A stretch of 64,000 nt of DNA. Origin: a virus. The DNA lies in the IMG/VR virus record IMGVR_UViG_3300030390_001111, positions 8,802-72,801 of that record; one strand, given 5' to 3'. Below the pieces are notes generated by a model. That model was not told the DNA's origin. It worked only from the letters and a program-made list of their open reading frames with translations, and did no database searches. This document shows positions 1 through 10,420 of the stretch, in pieces; the first letter of the stretch is position 1; each line of letters begins with the position of its first letter. Position numbers and translations under genes: made by a program.

Positions 1-154
1 ATTCTCTATATGCATCTCCATTCCATATTTCTTTCAATGTGCTGTTATTAATATCTCCTAGTTTTTCTTTGTAGATAATATCAGGAACAACATTACCTCC
101 CCATTTAATAGTTAATGCATGCCACGGTGCAATGCATGTGGGTAAGTTTTTCAT
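1..154 (-). CDS. radical SAM protein, N-terminal twitch/SPASM part (runs off the window edge)
   Basis: Manual translation MKNLPTCIAPWHALTIKWGGNVVPDIIYKEKLGDINNSTLKEIWNGDAYRE matches the CxxPW...G.I...L.EIWN pattern of the paralogs at 4327, 6732 and 7909. Confidence 0.65.
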   Translation of the reverse strand, partial: MKNLPTCIAPWHALTIKWGGNVVPDIIYKEKLGDINNSTLKEIWNGDAYRE

Positions 155-170
155 ATCTAAAAATTTATTT

Positions 171-1256
171 CTATACACACTCTACTCCACATATATTTTG
201 ACATTGTTTCCAGCTTCCAGTGTTTAATGCATCGTTAAGATCTTCAGTAAACCATTGATTAGTTAATACTTGAGGCAAGCTATATTTCTTAAGATCGTTT
301 TCTACTCTTGCTGCCAAAAATGATTCATCTACCAAACCATCAGTTAATGACATACCTTCAATATAAGTTCCCCATAAACTTACATGGCAACACGGCCAAA
401 CTTTGCCCCATGGATCAATTTGAACTTGTCTATCATTATACCAAGGACATACTGTATCGTTTTTTCTATTATCTTTTAGTTTATCATTCATATTTAAAAA
501 TACACTATGATCACGTAACTCACTCATTCTGTAATGAGCTACACTCTCTGGTCTATCTTCAAACATAACTTGTTTTTCTTCTTGATCATAATTTGCATGT
601 ATTCTATAAGATTCTTCTGGAAGTTCTATTAACAAGTTATCTCCATGACTATGCCTTAGTGTAAAATATAATGTATTACATTCTTTAGCAACTGCTTCTA
701 CTTGATCTACTTGATGTTTGTTATGCTCAAACAATGTCATGGTTATATTTGCTCTACCACCCGCACTGGTAAATGCTTTTACATTTTCTATAATTTTTTT
801 CCAATGTGTTTTTCTTCTATATATAGCGTGAGTGTCTTCCATGCCATCTACTGCAAATACAATTAAATGGTTTGTAAACTTCCTACATTCAAATGCTAAA
901 TCTTCCCAAAATTTGAGAGTTCGCATACTTCCATTGGTATGCAAATACAAACTAGTTTCAGGGTGATACTTTGTCCATATGTTTAACATCCCTACTAGTT
1001 TTGGATGCATCATAGGATCACCCCAATTACCATTTAGTGTTAGGTCCCCAATAAACCAACCATGTGTATCACTACTGGCTAAACGCTCCCATACTTCCAT
1101 ATCAAAATGTTCAAGTATAAGTTCGTCTTTAACTTCATCCCCATTTTTATTTCGTATACAAGCACCACACCTAGCATTACAATGACTTGTAATATCTACT
1201 TGTAGATTTGTTACTTGTTTAGCCCACTTAAACTGAGTGTCGCGCCATTTAGCCAA
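171..1256 (-). CDS. radical SAM protein with C-terminal SPASM/twitch domain
   Basis: CNARCGAC (CxxxCxxC), GNWGDP, TNGS, VDG, IDPWGKVWPCC...CQNIC; TTG start at 1256 follows a GAGAGG SD. Confidence 0.9.
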   Translation of the reverse strand: MAKWRDTQFKWAKQVTNLQVDITSHCNARCGACIRNKNGDEVKDELILEHFDMEVWERLASSDTHGWFIGDLTLNGNWGDPMMHPKLVGMLNIWTKYHPETSLYLHTNGSMRTLKFWEDLAFECRKFTNHLIVFAVDGMEDTHAIYRRKTHWKKIIENVKAFTSAGGRANITMTLFEHNKHQVDQVEAVAKECNTLYFTLRHSHGDNLLIELPEESYRIHANYDQEEKQVMFEDRPESVAHYRMSELRDHSVFLNMNDKLKDNRKNDTVCPWYNDRQVQIDPWGKVWPCCHVSLWGTYIEGMSLTDGLVDESFLAARVENDLKKYSLPQVLTNQWFTEDLNDALNTGSWKQCQNICGVECV

Positions 1257-2322
1257 AGTAGTCCTCTCTGTCGCCTTCACGCACCAAGTCACTTGTCAAG
1301 CAGTGTATTCCACCGTCCCAAAAGTATTGATGTCTAAAGCGCCACACAATAGGCTCAATGCCGTGTGCTTCCATTCTACGAAATGCATCATCATTACGTC
1401 CTGTGCATATAACTGTATTTTCATCTAACGATAATACGTTAACATCAAATACACTTTCGTCTGCATATCCTACCCAATGTCCAAGCCATTTTTGAACATA
1501 CTCTTTGTAGTATCTACGTTTACGAGTATCTAAAAAGTCTTGTGGCATTTCATGATCGTCATCTACTTCAATTATATCCCAATTTTTAAATTCTTCTGGA
1601 ACCCATTTTTTATTCCATGTCATTAGCACACCAGGACGAAGCAATGCAATTTTACCATCTGCGTGTCCACCTGTTCCAATATCAAGAAACTTAGTGCCCG
1701 GGTAACGTTGTGAGATTTCACGTTTCATCCATTCTTTTCCTAGTAATGTGCCTTTACCTTTTTTATTATCTTCTTCCCATGCTTGTGAAAACAAAATTGT
1801 ATCTCCACATTTAATCATATTAGCTGCATGGAATAAAACTTTTTGTTCTGCTGAGTATGTATCGTATCCAATACCTCCTCTTACCATAGCACCGGGCATA
1901 CTAATCCAGTCGGCCCCACTCTTATATAGCTCTACCATATGTTCGTAATAGGCTAAGTTTTCAAAATATCTATTATCTCCGCCTGTAAAACATTCAAATA
2001 CGCTGTTACCATATGGCATTAGTGTATCACGTGGCATTAGTGGGTGGTTAGGGAATCCACAACTCATCCAAGGTAATTGTATTTGTTCATCACCATTAAT
2101 AGTAAAAATATTACTAGGGCGTAATACTTCAATGCCTCTGTCTTCTAATAGTTTTGCAAGGACTTCAATATCCTCTTGTGTTTCTGTAAAGATTTGACGC
2201 ATAGTATCACGTGTTTCTGGATCCTTATGCCAATCAAATGTTTCGGGTGGGAATGGAGCTCCAAGGATAACCTTCTTTAAAGGTTGAAACTCTGTCCATG
2301 CATTAACTGCCGGTGTAGTCAT
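1249..2322 (-). CDS. amidinotransferase (glycine/inosamine-phosphate amidinotransferase family)
   Basis: EFQPLKKVILG start, PRD, GHADG, FDVNVLS and terminal GGIHCLT with the catalytic Cys. Confidence 0.88.
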   Translation of the reverse strand: MTTPAVNAWTEFQPLKKVILGAPFPPETFDWHKDPETRDTMRQIFTETQEDIEVLAKLLEDRGIEVLRPSNIFTINGDEQIQLPWMSCGFPNHPLMPRDTLMPYGNSVFECFTGGDNRYFENLAYYEHMVELYKSGADWISMPGAMVRGGIGYDTYSAEQKVLFHAANMIKCGDTILFSQAWEEDNKKGKGTLLGKEWMKREISQRYPGTKFLDIGTGGHADGKIALLRPGVLMTWNKKWVPEEFKNWDIIEVDDDHEMPQDFLDTRKRRYYKEYVQKWLGHWVGYADESVFDVNVLSLDENTVICTGRNDDAFRRMEAHGIEPIVWRFRHQYFWDGGIHCLTSDLVREGDREDYFG

Positions 2323-2407
2323 AAAAAAGCCTCTTTCGTTTTTGTATAAATATATTTATCCACATAAACATAGTAGTTAATTGTAACTACAACCTGCATT
2401 AATACAA

Positions 2408-2436
2408 TTGACATAACATCAATATTACTATATACT
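2408..2436 (+). promoter_or_regulatory. sigma70-type promoter for the plus-strand gene pair
   Basis: TTGACA-17bp-TATACT followed by an AGGAG SD and ATG at 2464. Confidence 0.75.
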
Positions 2437-2463
2437 TGTTGTAACTCAAGGAGAATTAAAACA

Positions 2464-3300
2464 ATGACACGAATTGCACTTGACAAAGATCATGCAACAG
2501 AAATGACTGTGCATGAATTTGACGCTACTAATATAGATATTATAGCACACTCTGACGAATTATACAAGTCTTTTGAGAGTGGCTGGCCTGTAGTAATTAA
2601 GAATTTAGTTATTCCTGGTGTAGACTATAATTATTATGATGAGTTAGACGATTGGGTTATTAAAGATAACAAATGGATTATGCCTTGGTATAATTCGCAC
2701 ATCAAAAAAAGAGAACGATTAAGGACGGAAAGAGGTTGGACTGAAGAACAAATTGATGTGTTTCACAAAAAACATAAACAAGCAAACAACGGTTGGAACG
2801 AAATATTTGACAAACTGTTTCCACGTTACAACACACCAGAACGTATGCTTAGTCATAGATACAATATGCTTGTTGAAAATAAACTACACATAGATGAGTT
2901 AGATGAGCAACACACAGGTAATGAACAACAGATACGTATGTTTGTTAACTTGGATAAAAAGCGTCCACGAGTGTTAACGTTTGGCCCAGACTTAGAACAA
3001 ATGTGGTATAAGTATAAAGACAAATTTAATTTAGAAGAATTAGATAAAACTAACATACATACATTTATTAGTGAGATGCGTAATAGATGTGTATGGAATG
3101 ATAAAATGTGGGATCAGTTTCATCACCCATTACACTACATTACATTTGATCCAGGTGATGTATGGTTTTTCAATGCACAATGGATTACACATCAAATTGT
3201 ATTTGGTGCTAAGTTACAATGCTTTGAAGCAGACATTACAAATGAGAGTCTGCTCCATCCAGAATTATGTATGACTGAGAGGGTAAAAAACCTTGAGTGA
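2464..3300 (+). CDS. Kdo hydroxylase (KdoO)-like non-heme Fe oxygenase
   Basis: LHID...IRMFVNL...PRV...FDPGDVWFF...ITHQIVFG resembles the KdoO pattern LHVD...RVFxNI...FPPGxxW...VSHAA. Confidence 0.6.
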   Translation: MTRIALDKDHATEMTVHEFDATNIDIIAHSDELYKSFESGWPVVIKNLVIPGVDYNYYDELDDWVIKDNKWIMPWYNSHIKKRERLRTERGWTEEQIDVFHKKHKQANNGWNEIFDKLFPRYNTPERMLSHRYNMLVENKLHIDELDEQHTGNEQQIRMFVNLDKKRPRVLTFGPDLEQMWYKYKDKFNLEELDKTNIHTFISEMRNRCVWNDKMWDQFHHPLHYITFDPGDVWFFNAQWITHQIVFGAKLQCFEADITNESLLHPELCMTERVKNLE

Positions 3301-4312
3301 TATTCAACACACAATAATTGATGGCTATCTACCACAGGCATTTTTTAAAAAGTATAGCAAAGAATATCCTATTGAGTGGATTAAAGAATACTGTAGCAAT
3401 CCAGAAGTAAGCGAACATGAAAGTAGTTTGTATGGAAACTATAGTGCCGGACTTGAACACTATGATTTAGAATTTTTAGAATGGGTTGAAAATCAATTAC
3501 CGGCTATTAAGTTAGATGCGGTTGGACGTGATGTTAAACATGACCATTTTTATACTAATTTTCATTATGATGAAAGAGGCAGTTGGCTAGAACCACACAA
3601 TGATTTAAAAGATATGCGTTGGTTAGTTACTAGCCAAATTTATATGAATAATAATCAAGGTGCAAGACTATTAGATAGGCAGTTAGAAGTTACAAAACAA
3701 ATACCATGTCACCCTAATTTATTTTACAGTATTGTTGCTGACCCTTGGAGTTGGCATGATGTTCCTGAAGTATCCAAGCACAAACAAAGTATATTATTTC
3801 GTGTGGGTAAACGTAGAAGCAATAGTATTGCACATCCAGATTCTGATAATGATACTGCTTATGTTATATATAATAACTTTCACAAAGACAAACACTATGC
3901 TAAACTAGGTCCTAGATTAGGTAATATAACAGAAGCATGGTTACATAATTTAGGTGCTAAAAACATAATGCATAGCTTTTGGCGTAGTGAGGATAGCTTA
4001 AAAAAGGTGGTTAAAAAGGGCTTAGAGCGCCATACAAGCGTGGTTATTGTATTAAGTGGGTATTTGCCGTCTTCGTTAAAGATCACCGCTAATACGGCGT
4101 TACAGACGGTTACAAACAAAGATTTTGAGCTAAATTTAAACCCAGATGTAGAAGTTGAGGAGTATTTTCGTCTTACTGATGAGAATATGAATGACTATGC
4201 AGACTGCGTATTTTCCAATTTAAGCGGAGATCATCCGTTAGTTGAAGCTGAGCAAGTAATGTATAGTTACTACGCTAATAAGCTACATTTAAACTATATA
4301 GACCTCTTTTAG
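3293..4312 (+). CDS. 2OG-Fe(II) oxygenase-like domain fused to an unknown C-terminal domain
   Basis: PHND (HxD)...SWHDVP distal His...SILFR in the N-terminal half. Confidence 0.55.
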   Translation: MSDIQHTIIDGYLPQAFFKKYSKEYPIEWIKEYCSNPEVSEHESSLYGNYSAGLEHYDLEFLEWVENQLPAIKLDAVGRDVKHDHFYTNFHYDERGSWLEPHNDLKDMRWLVTSQIYMNNNQGARLLDRQLEVTKQIPCHPNLFYSIVADPWSWHDVPEVSKHKQSILFRVGKRRSNSIAHPDSDNDTAYVIYNNFHKDKHYAKLGPRLGNITEAWLHNLGAKNIMHSFWRSEDSLKKVVKKGLERHTSVVIVLSGYLPSSLKITANTALQTVTNKDFELNLNPDVEVEEYFRLTDENMNDYADCVFSNLSGDHPLVEAEQVMYSYYANKLHLNYIDLF

Positions 4313-4318
4313 GGGGTC
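4301..4318. terminator. hairpin between convergent genes
   Basis: GACCTCT-ttt-AGGGGGTC imperfect stem-loop at the junction of plus and minus ORFs. Confidence 0.4.
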
Positions 4319-4326
4319 TTAGACGC

Positions 4327-5589
4327 TCAAATACCGTCTTGTATGCGTCGAAACTCAGGTGCTACACTCATTATATCATGTCCACGATGTTTGTCGTAGT
4401 TTTGTGTTATAGACACAAATTGCCCCATTTTTTCTTTACTATATTTGTGATCTGGATCTTTTCCAAAGTTCACTAGTTCCATTAATGGTTCTTCATAGTC
4501 TTCGTAATGTGGACTATTATGTATTGATTTTAAAAACTCTAATACTTGTTTTTCTTGTTCTTTCTTTAACCATTCAGGAGCATGTGCCATACTGTAGTAT
4601 GCTGGTTCCACTAATTGATTAGTTGACATACCAATACCTCTGTTTACTGTGCATTGGTAATCATGCATAAACTTCCAAAAAGGAACAATATGTAAAGCAT
4701 TATGTATTTGATTAACTGTAGTTACTCTTACTTTAATACGCTTGCCTTGTTTTGTATCTGCAAACTTAACTAACTTATCAAAGTTTTTCCAAACTGAATC
4801 CCACTTGGAGGGTGGGCGTAAATAATCATTCATTGGTCCCATACCTTCAAGTGAGCAGTTTACAATCACTTTTTCAAACTTCCCTAATTGTTCTAGCCAA
4901 CGATCTTGCATGTTAGTGATGTTGGTATAGAAACTAAGTTCGATGTGATCGGCGTGTCCGGATTCTACTGCGAGATCTAACAAAGTAAACATATCCTTTG
5001 CAACCGTTGGTTCCCCGCCTATAAGTTTTATTTTACGAGCTTTACCTATCATGTCCTTAAAGCTCGCCCAGTCTATTCCAGGCTGAAGAAGAGCCTGCTT
5101 CTTGTCTGCAATATTGGAATGCCAATCGGGATGGTCCGCTCCGAGTCCTTTTTGCACCATGTGTGCTCGCTCAACACTTACTAAATGTGAAGCTTCTTTA
5201 TTGCACATTTGACATTGTAGATTACACAAATTGCCAAGCCTGAAATCAAATTGTAAAGGCTGTTCAACCTCCCAATCATTAACGGAAGCGTCAGCAACCA
5301 CTTCGTCAATTACGTCTTCCCAAACTTCGTTTTCCCATTGCCTAGAACTAACAATATTGTTCTTTTCTAAATGTAAACATTCTCTACATTCAGGCAACCA
5401 TTCACCTTTGGTCATACGTTTACGAACATCTTTAATGTAATCGTGATTCCATGTTCCGTCGATGCCTAGTTTTTCTTGGTCAACTTTTTCTTTGGGTTCT
5501 TTGGCCATGCAACATAACCTATAGCGTCCACCATTATAGGTGCTATATTGAACAAAAGGTAATGCACAAAAGCCGTTATCTGTTTTCAT
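4327..5589 (-). CDS. twitch-domain radical SAM protein
   Basis: N-terminal CALPF...LCC...CREC, then CNLQCQMC, GGEP, YTN, SLEG. Confidence 0.9.
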   Translation of the reverse strand: MKTDNGFCALPFVQYSTYNGGRYRLCCMAKEPKEKVDQEKLGIDGTWNHDYIKDVRKRMTKGEWLPECRECLHLEKNNIVSSRQWENEVWEDVIDEVVADASVNDWEVEQPLQFDFRLGNLCNLQCQMCNKEASHLVSVERAHMVQKGLGADHPDWHSNIADKKQALLQPGIDWASFKDMIGKARKIKLIGGEPTVAKDMFTLLDLAVESGHADHIELSFYTNITNMQDRWLEQLGKFEKVIVNCSLEGMGPMNDYLRPPSKWDSVWKNFDKLVKFADTKQGKRIKVRVTTVNQIHNALHIVPFWKFMHDYQCTVNRGIGMSTNQLVEPAYYSMAHAPEWLKKEQEKQVLEFLKSIHNSPHYEDYEEPLMELVNFGKDPDHKYSKEKMGQFVSITQNYDKHRGHDIMSVAPEFRRIQDGI

Positions 5590-6182
5590 CTGTATCTCGT
5601 TAGTAAACTTTTTCTTACCCGATCGCCTTGCTCGGTATAATGGTAATCAGCATCTGCGTTGCTCCCATATACAAGAAAAGAATTTTTTATTAGTGGTAGT
5701 TCTTTGCTTTCTAAAATATCATAGCAGTTATCATTATTTTCATTATAGCTATTTTTATCTACCTTGCAAAGTATTGTTCCATGTTTTTTATAATCTATAT
5801 CAGGCATGTATATATGCCATTGTATTACTTCTTTACCATTTGCATCAGTATGCAAATGTATATAATGTTCTGGATCATCCCATAGATAATCCGTGCCAAT
5901 TCTACTTATATCATTCCATGATCTAGTGGCTGTCAATTTAGTTTTTATTGTATCATATAATTGTTTAGATGTTTCTATAAATTCTCTAAATGGTTTCCAT
6001 TCTAGATCAGCACTAAGACTGTGATCACCAGTCCTACATTCAAACTGTTGAGCATGAAAATCTTTTACTAACTCAAAATAGTGATTGTCACTTAAAAAAT
6101 TTTCAATCCATAAATGCTCGTATGGACTAGTAAGCAATTCTGCAGAGTCTATTTTATCTATGATATAATTAAATTCCTGCAT
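5586..6182 (-). CDS. putative 2OG-Fe(II) oxygenase
   Basis: PYEHLWIENFL start, HTD, GT, distal H and RKS. Confidence 0.55.
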   Translation of the reverse strand: MQEFNYIIDKIDSAELLTSPYEHLWIENFLSDNHYFELVKDFHAQQFECRTGDHSLSADLEWKPFREFIETSKQLYDTIKTKLTATRSWNDISRIGTDYLWDDPEHYIHLHTDANGKEVIQWHIYMPDIDYKKHGTILCKVDKNSYNENNDNCYDILESKELPLIKNSFLVYGSNADADYHYTEQGDRVRKSLLTRYR

Positions 6183-6730
6183 TAAACTGTTTTAAGTAAA
6201 TCTAAAAATAGTTCTGCACCTTTGGCTTGATTCTCTTCCCAAGTCTTTGGTGCATCTTCGTCTGCCATATCACTAGCATACTTAATTAGTGTAGTTGGTT
6301 TGCTAAACATTTTACCAACTTTGGCAATTGCATAACCTTCCATGTCAACTAAATGACTTCTTAGTTCTGGTGGTTCTTTTACAAAATTATCACCTGAACT
6401 TAAGATTACTTTACTGTCTGGGTTAAGTGTTATGTCGCCTGCAATTTCTGTAGTTTCAAATGGTGTCATGCCTAATGGTGCTTGTGGTCTTGCATCCATG
6501 TCACGTTGTCTTACTGCACCTACTTCTAGTAACTTGCCTTCAAGCTCTGGTTCTAATGTGCCTGCTGTTCCAAAATTAATAATTCTCTCACAATCAGGTT
6601 GATTAACGGCCAGCATTGCTGATACAGTTGCATTAATTTTACCTACGCCTGTATACCATACTTTAAATTTTTCAGGGTCAAGTCTATTCTCTGGCAGTTC
6701 GCCTTTGAGTGCTACTAATACGTATATCAT
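6182..6730 (-). CDS. mtnN: 5'-methylthioadenosine/S-adenosylhomocysteine nucleosidase (Pfs/MtnN family)
   Basis: TGVGKINA, INFGTAG, SGDNF, VDMEGYAIA and KYASD motifs. Confidence 0.82.
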   Translation of the reverse strand: MIYVLVALKGELPENRLDPEKFKVWYTGVGKINATVSAMLAVNQPDCERIINFGTAGTLEPELEGKLLEVGAVRQRDMDARPQAPLGMTPFETTEIAGDITLNPDSKVILSSGDNFVKEPPELRSHLVDMEGYAIAKVGKMFSKPTTLIKYASDMADEDAPKTWEENQAKGAELFLDLLKTV

Positions 6731-6731
6731 T

Positions 6732-7916
6732 TTAATCTCCTTCTACCATATAATTAAAATATGGATATTGTTCTAAAAATTTAATTGGTCTAAAACTATC
6801 AAGATAATCTACAAAAGCAAGAAATTCTCTATTATGTTTGCCCATAGAAAACTTAGTGTTTCTAATGCTATTTATAAAGTTCATATTGTTGCCACATTTA
6901 TCCCAACCTTCTAATACCAATTTACATTTTTGTATTTCTTCTTCAATTATATCAGGTTTAATTCTACCTATATGAAGATAATCTTTCTCTCTTTGGCCTT
7001 TGTAGACTAGACTTGGATTAATTTGTATATCATGCTGTTTAGCAAAAGCATACAATTTATGTAGTCCTACAAAATTCATAATATGTAAACAAGGATTGAG
7101 TTCAACCATACAGTTATCTTCTGCATTTAGTTCAGCATATTTTATAACATTTCTTTCTAATACAGACCATTTGTTTGGGTATCTTGCATATTCTACTATT
7201 TCCTCTACTCCATCTAAACTTATCTGCATTGATAGTTCTCTAAAACTTTTTAGCATTTCTAACCATTTTGATCTAAATACAGTGCCATTGGTTAATATAC
7301 GAAGTCTAATATTTTTACTGTAATTATTTTCAGTCAACCATTCAAGTATATTAGTAACCTGTGGCATAAGCAAAGGTTCGCCTCCTGCTAATAATATCTC
7401 TTTAACATTAGCTATGTTTGATTTCATAAACTCATAGTAACTATCTTCTTCTTTTAGACCACAAGGTTGATTTAATCCTGTTGTTACTTTAAATTTTTTT
7501 GTGTATGTTTCTACTCTTGAACTAATTGCTGAACTGTTTTCTGGATTACACATAACACATTCTAGATTACAATAATTGCTTGGTCTTAGATCCCAATAGA
7601 TTGGATTATCAACAATTACTTTTTTGTTATTGTAATAATAATCAGTTTCTTTGCTAAATTCTGCGTTGTGGTATTGTCGTTTACTTTCAATGCCTGCCTT
7701 TTCATCATCTACGCATATGCTACATTCTTTTGGCATTTGTCTGTTGTTAAATGATTCTCTGACTTTTTGATATTCAATACTATTCCATAGATCTTTGGCA
7801 GTGGAATATCCTTGCTCAAAGCCTCCTTGCCACTCACAACAAGGTCTGTATTCTCTTTTTAACCCATGCCAGTGTCCATAAATTCCTGTAAATGGTAATA
7901 CACAAAAATTATTCAT
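6732..7916 (-). CDS. twitch-domain radical SAM protein
   Basis: CVLPF...PCC...CSIC, CNLECVMC, AGGEPLL, TNGT, SLDG. Confidence 0.9.
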   Translation of the reverse strand: MNNFCVLPFTGIYGHWHGLKREYRPCCEWQGGFEQGYSTAKDLWNSIEYQKVRESFNNRQMPKECSICVDDEKAGIESKRQYHNAEFSKETDYYYNNKKVIVDNPIYWDLRPSNYCNLECVMCNPENSSAISSRVETYTKKFKVTTGLNQPCGLKEEDSYYEFMKSNIANVKEILLAGGEPLLMPQVTNILEWLTENNYSKNIRLRILTNGTVFRSKWLEMLKSFRELSMQISLDGVEEIVEYARYPNKWSVLERNVIKYAELNAEDNCMVELNPCLHIMNFVGLHKLYAFAKQHDIQINPSLVYKGQREKDYLHIGRIKPDIIEEEIQKCKLVLEGWDKCGNNMNFINSIRNTKFSMGKHNREFLAFVDYLDSFRPIKFLEQYPYFNYMVEGD

Positions 7917-9339
7917 CCTTTGGTTCATCTAACAGGTATGCCATTTCTGGGAATGTTTTACGAAAGTCTGTTCCACGCATTCCATCTAACTTAGTTAAAT
8001 ATTCTCTAAATTCAGGTAAACGTTGGCTCCAGTCTTCACTACGTGCAAAACTAATCATACCACGTAAACGTTTAATTCCATAGCTTGCATCTAACCATTG
8101 TTGTTTTGTTACTTTACCCTTGTGCCAACTTGGAACACCTAGTTCCCAATTCTCACTCCACCATTCAATGAATTCTTCATACTTGGCTTCTGTTTTATCT
8201 AAGAACTCGTCTGGTAACACTTTGACATTTAAGTGTCCTGGCCAGTATACAAAGTGATAGTTAATACCACCTGCACCAAATGGCCACATATTTGTTTTAT
8301 GTAATCCACTTTCTGTTAGTTTCCATTTAAGGAAATCTGGAATATAATGAATGTTAAGAGCGTTAACGGCACATGCAATTGTAACTTCTACATTGTTAGT
8401 TGTTTCAGTATCTAAACGTTTAAACATTGCAAGTTGATGATCCCATTGACTTGGATATCTAATATAATCATTCATAGCACCAATGCTATCAATACTATAA
8501 TGGAATCTTACTTTCTTATAATGTGACCATAACTCTAATAGTCTATCTGGTAGTTCAATTCCATTTGAATTATAACGAACTTCTATATCTGCAGCATAGC
8601 CCATTTCAATAACTTTTTCTAAGATCTGGTAATGTTCTTCAATAACTGTAGACTCACCGCCTGCAAAATATAGCTGACGCATGTATGGAATTTGTGCATA
8701 AAATTGATCCCAAAACTCTGGATTGTCTTTGTGCCAATTATAACTAGCACCAAATTCTTTTCCTTTGTTTTCCCAAACCATAGTTCCTTTAAGGCTTTCG
8801 TTTGTAATTTGTGGATACAGTTTATTCCAATCTTTTATCCACCCTGAACTATCATGTGGGCTACACATAACGCACCCCAACTGGCATTTCGTCCCCATAC
8901 GGATATCAATATACCGTAATTTACTATCAGTGCTTCCATCTTCGTATGTTTCCTTTACAAGCTCGTCAACATTAATACCGTTGTTCATCCAGTATTGCGT
9001 TTCCCATTGACGTTTTGATCTGTGCCCTGCGGCTTCTTCTTTAAAACATTTTAAACAACTTGCTGGCTTTTCACCTTTAAGCATCATTTGTCTTACACTT
9101 CGCATGTATGTATTATTCCATGCTGTATTTAAATCTGTTGTATTTAAGTTAGCTGGTTTGCCATCTTCTGTTTTAACAATACCTACTCTTCCACCATGCA
9201 CTTTATCGTTTGTAGCACCTACACTACTAGCATTAGCTGTGCAGCATACTCGCATACTGCCGTCTGGTCTTGTTGAAAGGTGAATCCAAGGTAGTATACA
9301 AAATGTTTCTGATGGAGTTGGTAAGTCGTGTTCGCTCAT
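7909..9339 (-). CDS. twitch-domain radical SAM protein
   Basis: CILPW...VCC...CLKC, CQLGCVMC, AGGES, SNG, SIDS. Confidence 0.9.
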   Translation of the reverse strand: MSEHDLPTPSETFCILPWIHLSTRPDGSMRVCCTANASSVGATNDKVHGGRVGIVKTEDGKPANLNTTDLNTAWNNTYMRSVRQMMLKGEKPASCLKCFKEEAAGHRSKRQWETQYWMNNGINVDELVKETYEDGSTDSKLRYIDIRMGTKCQLGCVMCSPHDSSGWIKDWNKLYPQITNESLKGTMVWENKGKEFGASYNWHKDNPEFWDQFYAQIPYMRQLYFAGGESTVIEEHYQILEKVIEMGYAADIEVRYNSNGIELPDRLLELWSHYKKVRFHYSIDSIGAMNDYIRYPSQWDHQLAMFKRLDTETTNNVEVTIACAVNALNIHYIPDFLKWKLTESGLHKTNMWPFGAGGINYHFVYWPGHLNVKVLPDEFLDKTEAKYEEFIEWWSENWELGVPSWHKGKVTKQQWLDASYGIKRLRGMISFARSEDWSQRLPEFREYLTKLDGMRGTDFRKTFPEMAYLLDEPKDE

Positions 9340-9343
9340 TTGT

Positions 9344-10420
9344 TTATTTTGTCCTTATTAGATCTTGTGTTAAGCAATGAAGTCCTTGATCAAAGAACCA
9401 ACGGTTTCGCCAGTCAACACTTATAATCTCATGATCTACTTTTTTAAGTTCATCACGCATGCTATCACTATCTCCAATTACCATTGATAATTCAGGATTG
9501 ATAGTAAGGCAATTTACTTCAAAGTATGTTTCTTTGCTATAGCCAAACCAGTTACTGAGAGTTTTGTTAATAACTTCTGCAATTTTGTCTGCATTTTCTT
9601 GTTTTTCAAATCCCTCAATATGCCATTTGTTATCGCTGTTTGTTTTAATACTATTTATTATTTCTTCATGTGGCATGTTGTATCCTGTTAACTGATTACA
9701 CATATGCCTATATCCATTAGTTCCTGATGGTATAGTTTTCCAACCAGGAAATGTTTCTTCGTATACTTCATCTGCGTTACGTTCTGTTGTTAGTAACACA
9801 CCTTCTTTAATACATGCCAAACTTGCATCCACATGTCCTCTTATATCTGTAGAGGTAAATTTTGAATCAGGAAAGTATGACATTACAGAATCAATAAGTT
9901 TAGAACTAAACTCATCTCCAAATACTAAACGATCATTAACTCTTGTAACTGCTGGCCAATGCACATAGCCCCAGTCCATTTTTTCTGCATCAATTATCTT
10001 ATTATCAAATTGATCCATGTCAATAAAAGCAGGTCTGTCGCCATTAGTAAAAATAATATCTTTATACACCATCATATCATTACGTGGTGCTAACGGAATA
10101 GGAATTTTTCCCATAAACACATTAGCCGCAATACTTGTTGTATTAGTGTCTAAATTTAATTTGAGAGTTTCTGCTTGCTCTAATTGAAATTGTGATAGGA
10201 CTTCTTGATTGGGCCTAATAACTTCAACGCCAAGGTCTTCTAATTTTTGTTGAATAACATTTAAGTCATGCCAAGTTTCGTCTGCTAGTTGTTGTGCTAT
10301 GGGTAGAAAATCTTTGTAAAATCCATGATTAAATATATCTTTTACAATTTTGGGATCCATAAATGATCCTAATGCGACACTTTTTAAAGGATCCCAATCA
10401 TTAACCGCATAACATTTCAT
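9344..10420 (-). CDS. amidinotransferase-family protein (second, divergent paralog)
   Basis: DWDPLKSVALG, PRND, GHVDA, FEVNCL and terminal GLHCLTQDL. Confidence 0.82.
   Translation of the reverse strand: MKCYAVNDWDPLKSVALGSFMDPKIVKDIFNHGFYKDFLPIAQQLADETWHDLNVIQQKLEDLGVEVIRPNQEVLSQFQLEQAETLKLNLDTNTTSIAANVFMGKIPIPLAPRNDMMVYKDIIFTNGDRPAFIDMDQFDNKIIDAEKMDWGYVHWPAVTRVNDRLVFGDEFSSKLIDSVMSYFPDSKFTSTDIRGHVDASLACIKEGVLLTTERNADEVYEETFPGWKTIPSGTNGYRHMCNQLTGYNMPHEEIINSIKTNSDNKWHIEGFEKQENADKIAEVINKTLSNWFGYSKETYFEVNCLTINPELSMVIGDSDSMRDELKKVDHEIISVDWRNRWFFDQGLHCLTQDLIRTK

Noticed and set aside
1249-10420. Amidinotransferases as archaeosine (G+) synthases for the deazaguanine pathway
   Set aside because: Known G+ synthases (ArcS, QueF-like, Gat-QueC) are different folds and need preQ0 from QueC, which is not seen here; these genes are also far from the dpdA cluster.
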